Assembly: GCA_963783385.1 (NCBI GenBank)
Contig: CAWANJ010000001.1
Location: 288,001 to 352,000 of the forward strand
Source: an uncultured Gemmatimonadales bacterium
GTDB lineage: Bacteria > Gemmatimonadota > Gemmatimonadetes > Palauibacterales > Palauibacteraceae
Length of the DNA: 64,000 nucleotides
Direction of reading: 5' to 3'
Shown one piece after another: positions 56,359 through 64,000 of this stretch (its first letter is position 1; each line of letters opens with the position of its first letter). The position numbers and the translations under genes were made by a program. The notes beneath the pieces are model-generated. The model had not been told where the DNA came from and did not search any database. It saw only the letters and a program-made list of their open reading frames with translations.

Positions 56359-57540
56359 CTAGCCTCCGGAGGCCTCCGCCTCCAGGATCCGCAGCAGGGC
56401 GTCGACGTCGGCCTGGTCGTTGTAGACGTGGGGCGCGACCCGGAGCCCGTCTCCCCGCCTGGACACGAGGACCCGGGCCTCGGCCAGGCGGCGCTGCACG
56501 CGCTCGATCTCCCAGCCGGAGGGCAGCCGGAGCCCGACAATGTTGGAGCAGCGGCCCTCGTCGGACTCTACGGTGCAGCCCAGGGCGGCGGCGCCGGCCG
56601 CCGCCCTGGAGGTGAGCGGCGCGCAGTGGCCCGCGACGGCGGCCACGCCCCACTCCGACAGCAGCTCGAGGGCGGTGGCCAGCATGGGGGCCAGGATGAA
56701 GGTCGAGTGCCCGCCCGCGTCGAGCCGGCTGGCGTCGGGGCGATACGCCTCGCGGTAGTCCACCAGGGCGGCGAAGTCCTCGCTCCCCTCCCGGGCCATC
56801 CACGACTCCTCAATGGGCCGCGCGTCCTCGAAGCGCGGACCCAGCCACACGACGCTCAGGCCGTAGGGCCCCAGCAGCCACTTGTAGCCCGCGCACAGCA
56901 CGACGTCGGGCCGGATGCGCGCGACGTCGAACGGATGGGCCCCCACCGTCTGCGTCCCGTCGATGACGAAGGCGGCGCCGACCTCCCGTGCCCTGCGGCC
57001 GATGGCCTCCAGGTCGAACAGGGTCCCGTCCGCCCAGTGTGCCTGGGGGAGGGCCACCAGCGCGGTGCGTGCATCGATCGACGCCAGGATCCGCTCCGAC
57101 CAGGTCCGGGCCGACCGGACCAGGCCCTCCCCGCCCGCCGCGGAAGCGGGCCGGGCCACCCTCACCAGCTCGGCCCGCTCACGACGGGCGAGCGCATCCC
57201 AGGCGTAGACGTGGCTCGGGAACTGGCCTTCCACCAGCACGACGCTGCGGCCCGGGCCCAGCTCCAGGTTCCGGGCCACGACGGCCGCCCCGTAGGAGAC
57301 CGCCGGCACGACCGCCACCCGCCCGGGACGGTCGTCGCCCAGGAGCCCCGCGAACGCGCTCCGGATGCGGTCGGCGTGCCGGAAGAAGTCCTCCACCCCG
57401 AGGGTCCACGGCGCCCGCTCGTGCGCCATTCCCTCGAGTCCGGCCTCCTCGACCACCCGGGGAAGCGGCGTCATGTAGGCGGCGTTCAGGTAGTGGATGT
57501 CCTCCGGGAGAGAGAAGGCACCGTCGTACGGCTTCGGCAT
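56359..57540 (-). CDS. Aminotransferase class V (cysteine desulfurase-like) PLP enzyme
   Basis: YLNAAYMTP, DGTQTVG, AGYKWLLGPYG, LRVAPHVYN. Confidence 0.88.
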   Translation of the reverse strand: MPKPYDGAFSLPEDIHYLNAAYMTPLPRVVEEAGLEGMAHERAPWTLGVEDFFRHADRIRSAFAGLLGDDRPGRVAVVPAVSYGAAVVARNLELGPGRSVVLVEGQFPSHVYAWDALARRERAELVRVARPASAAGGEGLVRSARTWSERILASIDARTALVALPQAHWADGTLFDLEAIGRRAREVGAAFVIDGTQTVGAHPFDVARIRPDVVLCAGYKWLLGPYGLSVVWLGPRFEDARPIEESWMAREGSEDFAALVDYREAYRPDASRLDAGGHSTFILAPMLATALELLSEWGVAAVAGHCAPLTSRAAAGAAALGCTVESDEGRCSNIVGLRLPSGWEIERVQRRLAEARVLVSRRGDGLRVAPHVYNDQADVDALLRILEAEASGG

Positions 57541-57666
57541 GGCGACCTCGGCGCGGGGGAGAAGGTGACTACGGTCCGACACAGTAGAGCCGCGCGCGGC
57601 GAGCCTCAACGGGCGGCCGGTCCGCTCGCTCGACGGCCTGGCGCGCCCGGCGTGGGAAGAACCTCG

Positions 57667-59055
57667 CTATCCCCCGAAGGCGGCCTTCCCGACCACGACC
57701 CGCGTGCGGTGCCGCGAGCCGTGCACGCCGGCGGCGGCGGCGCCCGCCGCGCCCGACGGCGGGACGTCCGTCCACGCGCCGTAGGCCACGCCGGCGCGCA
57801 CATCCACGCCGGTATAGTCTCCGAGGAACTCTCCGGCCGGCCGGAAGGGCGCCGCGCTCCACTGTTGATGGGAGAAGGTGGCGCCGCCGTCGGCGGACCA
57901 GGCCAGCCTGTAGCGCAGCGACGGCTCGCCTCCCGCCGACGGCTCGCCGCGGTAGTAGCCTGTCACTACGAGCCCCGTCACCGGGTCCACGCTCGTCCAG
58001 GCGAAGAAGTGGTCGGTCCCCGAACCGGGGGCGTCGCCACTCACCACGACCGGTTCCGACCAGGTCCTCCCACGATCGGTCGACGTCACCAGGTAGACGT
58101 CGGCCTCCCCGGCACTCCGATCGACCCAGGTCACGTACAGCTTGCCCGAGCGGGGATCGAGCTCCAGCGACGGGTATCCGTTGGCTCGCGCCACGCCCCG
58201 TACGGGGAACACGATGGGGCCCGTCGCCCGGATGCGGCGGTCGCGCCCGAAGGTGCGGCCACCGTCGTGGGAACGGTCCACGAGGAGACCGGTCGAATCG
58301 CTCCACACCACGTACACCGTGCCGCCGGGACCGACCGCCAGATCGGTGCCTTCGTCGGCGCCCAGGGTGTCCTGCGGCGAGCCGGGGGCGTCGCTGATCT
58401 CGATCGGCGCGCTGAAGCTCTCGCCCCCGTTCGTCGAGCGGGCGAAGCGGATGCCCGAGCTCGCCGACCGGAACTGCGTCCAGGCCACGTACAGGTTCCC
58501 GTGCCAGGGAGAGTCCGACCACCGGTCCGTGGTCATCATCGGCTTGTCCTCGAACGGGATCCCGGGCGCCTCGCCGTGCTCGACCACGGCCGACGGGTCG
58601 CTCCAGCTGCGACCGCCGTCGCCCGAGCGGCCGACAAAGATCCCGTTCCGGTGGGCGGCCCGGCCCAGGAACCGGTAGTCGTCCGGCCGGTCGAAGGCGA
58701 TGAACAGGGCGAAGGCGCGTCCCTCCCCGTCGAAGGTCACGACCGGATCGCCGGCCAGCTCCCACCGGCCGGTGCCGGGCAGGACCACGCTCTTCCAGGT
58801 GGCCCCGGCGTCGGCCGACCAGGCCACCGTGGCCGGGACCTGCCACGAGGCGAGGACACCGCCGGGACGGACGGGATCGATGGCCACGGATGTCTCGTTG
58901 TGGTAGCCGGGACCGCTCACCGCCACCGAGGACACCCGCGGCCGGGCGCCGGCCGGGAGACCCGGCCACGCGACCGGCCCTCCTCCGGCGCAGCCGACCA
59001 ATGCGGCGAGCCCCCAGGCCGCCGCGACCCGCACCGCCCCTCGGAGCGCCCTCAT
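57667..59055 (-). CDS. Sialidase-like BNR/Asp-box beta-propeller lipoprotein
   Basis: Own lipobox LVGC after ATG 59055; several SxDxGxTW Asp-boxes; FEDKP; FLGDY. Confidence 0.8.
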   Translation of the reverse strand: MRALRGAVRVAAAWGLAALVGCAGGGPVAWPGLPAGARPRVSSVAVSGPGYHNETSVAIDPVRPGGVLASWQVPATVAWSADAGATWKSVVLPGTGRWELAGDPVVTFDGEGRAFALFIAFDRPDDYRFLGRAAHRNGIFVGRSGDGGRSWSDPSAVVEHGEAPGIPFEDKPMMTTDRWSDSPWHGNLYVAWTQFRSASSGIRFARSTNGGESFSAPIEISDAPGSPQDTLGADEGTDLAVGPGGTVYVVWSDSTGLLVDRSHDGGRTFGRDRRIRATGPIVFPVRGVARANGYPSLELDPRSGKLYVTWVDRSAGEADVYLVTSTDRGRTWSEPVVVSGDAPGSGTDHFFAWTSVDPVTGLVVTGYYRGEPSAGGEPSLRYRLAWSADGGATFSHQQWSAAPFRPAGEFLGDYTGVDVRAGVAYGAWTDVPPSGAAGAAAAGVHGSRHRTRVVVGKAAFGG

Positions 59056-61614
59056 CCGCCGCTCCCGCCGGCTCCCGCGCGGCTCCGGAGCCGTTGGAGA
59101 AGGGCCTCCACGGCGCGGCGCGCCGCCGGGTCCTCCACACTCGAGCGGGCGGCTTCGAGTCGGGCCCGGGCCACCGCCGGCGGCACGGTGGTGGAGAAGG
59201 CCTGCAGCACGGCCCGTCGTACCCGCCGGTCCGGGTCGCCCAGAATGCGCGGCCAGTGCGTCCAGGGCCCGGGCGTCCCCGCGGGCGCCCAGCGCCCCGA
59301 GGGCCTGCGCCGCCACGGGCGTGTCGGCCAGGCGGTCCACGAGGTCGTCCACGAAGCTCGTGTCCCGTCGGAGCACGATGGCCACCATCGCGGACTGGGC
59401 GATCTCGTCACGGTAGGAGGGCGTGCGCAACCCCCTGCGGATGAGATCCCGCACAACGGCCGTGTCGGCCGCGGCTCGATCGGCCCGTGCGACCGCTTCC
59501 AGGGCGGCGGCCCGCACGCCGTAGCTCGAGTCCGTCTCGAACGCCCGGAGCGCCATCCGCACCGCTGAGGCCCCGCCCAGCTCTCCGATCGCGGCGACGG
59601 CCGCGGCCCGCACCCGGGCCGAGCTGTCGGCCAGCGCCGCCTCCAGCGGGGGGAGCGCGCCGGCCGCCGGGAAGCCGGCCAGCCCCTCGGCCACCGCCGC
59701 CCGGAGCGCCGGGGGCCCATCCCCGCCCAGGGCGGTGGCGAGGGCCGCCAGCGCCACGGTGTCACCGGTGCGCCCGGCCAGCCTCTCGGCCGCCCAGCGC
59801 CGGTTCCACAGGGCGGTGGGGCCGGCCAGCTCCCCGGCCAGCCAGGTGGTGGGCTGAGGAAAGTCGATCGATTTGACGACCGCGTCGCCGTCGTCGAACA
59901 CCACTGCGCTCGGAGAGGCGTCCACGCCCTCGATCCGGACCGTGTCGACGGCGCGATCCACCACGACCCGGCGCAGGAGGGTGCCGCGCGGGGTGGACAC
60001 CCGGACCGTGACCGGCAGCCGAAACACGCGGGGCGTCACCAGGGCTCGCGCGGAATCGGCCGAATCCGCCTGGACCTGGCGTACCTCGAGCGCCAGTCGG
60101 CTGGCCGCGGAGTCCCAGCGCGCGTGGACCTCGAGCTGGGGGTAGCCCCCGCTGTATACCCACTGGTCGAAGAACCAGGCCAGGTTCCGGCCGGTCGCCG
60201 CCAGGATGGCCTGACGCAGGTCGTCCGTGGTGGCGTTGGCGTAGGCGTGCCGAACCAGGTATTCGTGAACGGAGCTCCAGAAAGGCTGGGGGCCCAGCAT
60301 CGTCTCCAGCATGCGGAGGACGAGCGCCCCCTTCGGGTAGATCACGTTGGAGCTGGGGGCGGCCAGCGGCACGCGTCGCCGCGCGTCGGCCGCCACGAAG
60401 TCGTCGTACTCGTTCAGATAGTAGCTCTCGGCCGCGTCTTCGCCGCGGGCCCGGGCCCAGTACTGACCGGGCATGAACTCGGCGAAGCCCTCGTTCAGCC
60501 AGAGGTTCGCCCAGTCCGCGGTGGTGACGTAGTCGCCGAACCACATGTGGGCGAGCTCGTGCGGGATGAGGTCGGTCAGGAACCAGGGATCGTCCCGGTA
60601 GGCACGCTCGTCGGGGAGCCAGTCCACCAGCGTGGTCGCGGAGACGTTCTCCATGCCGCCGAAGAAGTCGGCCACCGTGGTCTGGGCGTACTTGGACCAC
60701 GGGTAGGGGATCCCGGTGAGGCGCGAGTATGTGTCGATCATGTCCGGCGTCACCCGGAACAGCCGCCGCCCGCGGACCGTATCGGCCGGGTACACGTAGT
60801 AATCGACCGGCGTGCCCCGCCAGGCGTCTTTCAGACGGACGAGCCTCGACACGATGAGCGACACCAGATACGTGGAGGCCGGGTGGTCCTCCCGCCAGGT
60901 CACGGTGTGGGTCCCGTCGCCGCGGTCCCGGTCCCCGACGCTCCGGCCGTTGGATACCACCGTGAAACCCGTCGGTACCGTGGCGCTCAGCTCCCAGGTC
61001 ATCTTGTCGTTGGGAAAGTCGTACGTCGGGAACCACAGGTGGTTGTTGTGCGATTCACCCTGGCTCCAGAGTTGCCGCGGATGATCGGGCCCGGCCTCCA
61101 GGAAGGTGAGGCCCCTGCCGTTGCGAATCCGGGCCCGATAGTCGATTCGGAACCGAACCGTGTCCCCGAACGAAGCGGAGCCCGCCAGGTGGACCACGAG
61201 CGTGTCCCCGGGATGGCTCCAGCGGAGCGACCGCCCGCCCGCTCCGGTCACGGAGTCGACCTCCAGACCGGCTCCCGCGTCGAGCACCACCGAGTCCAGT
61301 CCGGGACGCAGGGAGCGCAGCGTGGTCTCGACGCGGCCTGCGAGGGAGGTCGATTCCCAGTCGAAGGCGCGGAGCGCGATGGACTGGCGCAGGAGGTCGT
61401 AGTCGTGGGAGCGCTGGTACGCCTCGTTGACGCTCCACCCGGGCCGGGCGTCGGGCGACGCGGCGGCGCTCGTCGCCTGGGCGGGAAGGCCCCGCGGAGC
61501 GAGCGTCAACATCGGCGCCAGCGTCGCCACGAGACCCAGGAGCTTCGCGAGCGTGGAGCCGCGCGCCGGGCGGGCGGCCGGTGGGGGCGGACCGTGGGGC
61601 GGACGAGGCGACAT
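59052..61614 (-). CDS. Secreted M1 aminopeptidase with C-terminal HEAT repeats; apparent +1 frameshift at ~59245
   Basis: GGMEN, HELAHMW...NEGFA, YPKG. Removing one T continues HEAT-like LGDPDRRVRRAV to a stop at 59052 that overlaps the next ATG. Confidence 0.88.
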
Positions 61615-61910
61615 GTGGCTCTCCCTTGCTCCTTCCTGGATCGCTCCCACCGCGAGGTCGTGGGCCCGAAGCGCCGGGTCGCGCGCTGGAAGGTAATCGA
61701 GCGCGGGGTGGCCCGCCGGGGCGCGGGCCTGCGGCGCGCCGCCACGCCCCGGGGAACTCGGACGCGCGTGCGGGTATACGTCGCCCTGTCTACAACTGTG
61801 GTAGTGGCCGCGGCGGACCGGATCATCCCCCGCGGTGCGGCGGTCGGGGAGGCTCCGGTGGCGCCGCAGGCTCGATACTCGCCCCTCGCGGTCCGTGAAA
61901 CTGGAGTAAC

Positions 61911-63020
61911 ATGCGCGTCGCGCTGGTCACCGAGTACTATCATCCGCACCTGGGCGGCGTCACCGAGCACGTCCAGGCCCTCCAGCGCCAGCTGGCTCGC
62001 CGTGGCCACGAGGCCCTGGTCGTCACCGCCGACATGCGAGGCCAGGACCCGTCCGAGACGGGGGTGCGCCGGGTGGGCCGCAGCCAGGTCGTGTTCAGCA
62101 ACGGCTCCTTCGCCCGCATCACTCTCGGCTGGAGGCTCGGATCCCGGCTCGAGGAGCTGTTCCGGGAGGAGCGGATCGACATCGTGCACGTCCACGGGCC
62201 CCTGGCGCCGGTCCTCGGGCTGGTGGCCCAGTCAGCCGCCGATCGTCTCGGGATTCCCGTGGTGGGGACGTTCCACTCCTGGTTCCCGCGCTCGGTGGCC
62301 TGCCGGGTCTTCCGCGGGCCGCTGCAACGACGCCTGTCGAGCATGGCCGCCCGCATCGCCGTGAGCCCCTCGGTGGTCGAGGCCCACGACCGCTACTTCG
62401 AGGCGGAGTTCGAGGTGATCCCCAACGGCGTCGACGTCCGCTACTTCCATCCGAATGGACGGCCGCCCGGCCCCCTCGGGCCCGAAGACCCCCCCCGCCT
62501 CCTGTTCCTGGGCCGTCTCGATCCGCGCAATGGACTGGAGACCCTTCTCGAGGCCATGCCCCGGGTGGCGCGGCGCTACCCCAATGCGGTGCTGACCGTG
62601 GTCGGCGACGGGCCCCTGCGCGCCCACTACGAGCGCCTGGCCGCCCCCCTCGGGTCCTCGGTGCGCTTCGTCGGCCGCATCTATCGCGAACGGCCCGACT
62701 ACTACGGCGGCACGGACCTCTACCTGGCGCCGACCCGACGGGCCTCGTTCGGCATCACGCTGCTCGAGGCCATGGCCTGCGGGGCGCCCGTGCTGGCCGC
62801 TGACCTGGACGGGCACCGGTTCGTGATGGGGGAGTCCGGCGCCGGCCGGCTCCTGCAACCGGACCAGCCCGCCGCGTGGGCGGACGCGATCGTGGACCTC
62901 CTGTCCAACGTCCCACAGCGGGCCCGCATGCGGGGCCGGGCCCTGGAGCGGGCGTCCGCGTTCGCCTGGTCGGGCGTGGCGGAGCGGGTCCTGGAGACGT
63001 ATCGACGAGTCGCCCGGTGA
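61911..63020 (+). CDS. Glycosyltransferase family 4 (PimA-like)
   Basis: GGVTEHV, VIPNGVD, FLGRLDPRNG, SFGITLLEAMACG. Confidence 0.9.
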   Translation: MRVALVTEYYHPHLGGVTEHVQALQRQLARRGHEALVVTADMRGQDPSETGVRRVGRSQVVFSNGSFARITLGWRLGSRLEELFREERIDIVHVHGPLAPVLGLVAQSAADRLGIPVVGTFHSWFPRSVACRVFRGPLQRRLSSMAARIAVSPSVVEAHDRYFEAEFEVIPNGVDVRYFHPNGRPPGPLGPEDPPRLLFLGRLDPRNGLETLLEAMPRVARRYPNAVLTVVGDGPLRAHYERLAAPLGSSVRFVGRIYRERPDYYGGTDLYLAPTRRASFGITLLEAMACGAPVLAADLDGHRFVMGESGAGRLLQPDQPAAWADAIVDLLSNVPQRARMRGRALERASAFAWSGVAERVLETYRRVAR

Positions 63021-63718
63021 TCGGGGCGCTGGCGGGGGCGTGCGGCGTGCTCGGCGCCGGGGGGCTGGCCGCCGGAGCCCTGCTGCCCAATGCACGACTG
63101 TTCGGCCCCGTCGTGGGCCGAGGGGCCCCGGATGGGCGCTCCGTATACCTGACCTTCGACGACGGTCCCAGCCCCCGGGCCACGCCCTCGATCCTCGACA
63201 CGCTGGCGCGCGAGGGAGCCCCGGCCACCTTCTTCATGGTGGGACGCTACGCGGAGAGCCACCCCGATCTCGCTCGGGCGGTGGCGTCCGCGGGCCACCT
63301 GGTGGGCAGTCACACCTACTCGCATCGCAAGCTCACCTTCCTGGGGCCGGCGACGGTCCGCCGCGAGATCGGCGAGGGCCACCGGGCGGTGGCGCATGCC
63401 GCCGGAGTGGAGCCGGAGGCCTTCCGCGCTCCGCACGGGCACCGGAACCCGTTCGTGGACCGCACGCTGAGGAGAATGGGCTGCCCGCTGGTGGGCTGGA
63501 CGCTCGGCGTGTGGGACTCCGACCGTCCGGGCGCCGACGAGATCCGGCGCCGGGCCCGATCCGGAATGCGGCCCGGAAGCGTGCTCCTCCTGCACGACGG
63601 TGACGGCTACGATCCCGACGGCGATCGTTCGCAGACCGCCGAGGCTTTGCCCGGGATCCTGGACGACCTGCGGCAGGACGGCTACGCGGTCCGGCCCCTC
63701 GCGGAGCTGCTCGCGTGA
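63017..63718 (+). CDS. Polysaccharide deacetylase (NodB/CE4)
   Basis: LTFDDGP, HTYSH, FRAPHG, LLLHDG. Confidence 0.92.
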   Translation: MIGALAGACGVLGAGGLAAGALLPNARLFGPVVGRGAPDGRSVYLTFDDGPSPRATPSILDTLAREGAPATFFMVGRYAESHPDLARAVASAGHLVGSHTYSHRKLTFLGPATVRREIGEGHRAVAHAAGVEPEAFRAPHGHRNPFVDRTLRRMGCPLVGWTLGVWDSDRPGADEIRRRARSGMRPGSVLLLHDGDGYDPDGDRSQTAEALPGILDDLRQDGYAVRPLAELLA

Positions 63719-64000
63719 GCGGGTCCGCCCCGGCCCAACCGGTCGCCGCGGGGTGGCGCCGCTGGCTCCGGATCGGCGCGCTGGCGCTCCTGGCGGCCTT
63801 CACTCTCCGGGTGGGACTCCACTTCCCGTGGGCGCGCACGGGGGCGGCGCTGCTGAACACGAACCGGCTCCTGCTCGCCGGCGCCCTGCTGGTGAACCTC
63901 CTGTCCCTGATCGCCAAGGGCTGGGGCTGGCACCGGCTCCTGCGGCCCAACACGAACGCCGGCTGGATGAACGTCCAGCGAGCCAACCTCCTGGGCTCCG
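63715..64000 (+). CDS. Lysylphosphatidylglycerol-synthase TM/flippase-like membrane protein (partial)
   Basis: GTG overlaps the upstream TGA; hydrophobic ...VNLLSLIAKGWGWHRLLRP; runs off the right edge. Confidence 0.65.
   Translation, partial: MSGSAPAQPVAAGWRRWLRIGALALLAAFTLRVGLHFPWARTGAALLNTNRLLLAGALLVNLLSLIAKGWGWHRLLRPNTNAGWMNVQRANLLGS

Noticed and set aside
54859-59568. 1569-aa plus-strand ORF and many other long antisense or alternate-frame ORFs
   Set aside because: They are shadows of real genes caused by stop-codon scarcity at high GC, with Arg/Pro/Gly-rich translations and no motifs.
57667-61650. 1327-aa M1 aminopeptidase-HEAT-sialidase fusion in the ORF track
   Set aside because: It is created by a +1 indel at ~59245. 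The corrected frame stops at 59052, and the propeller has its own ATG, RBS and lipoprotein signal.

Overview
Very GC-rich bacterial chromosomal segment, densely coded and mostly on the minus strand. Gene content suggests Gemmatimonadota, which is my inference. About 60 mostly housekeeping genes are present: ispG, a QseEGF-like sigma54 two-component system, a GldAFG-type ABC system, class II ribonucleotide reductase nrdJ, a peptidoglycan-recycling operon (murQ-anmK-nagZ-amidase), a fur-pdaD-speB-ccdA unit, a long M42/dtxR/trxB/iscA/coaE/DHH/PHP run, a MacAB-like exporter, an M1 aminopeptidase and a GT4-deacetylase-flippase cluster. I found no rRNA, tRNA, CRISPR array or mobile element. The most notable signal is a promoter (TTGACC-17-TAnnnT overlapped by two NrdR-type palindromes 32 bp apart) that occurs twice: upstream of nrdJ, and 23 kb away upstream of an unannotated 63-aa ORF. 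This points to an unknown small protein in the NrdR/dNTP regulon. Other points are DnaA-box-like repeats in the nrdJ leader, a MurQ-DinB fusion, a sigma54 promoter with enhancer repeats driving a lone FeoA-like gene, several microproteins, and four single-base frameshifts that look like assembly errors. All calls come from motif recognition by eye; no searches were run.
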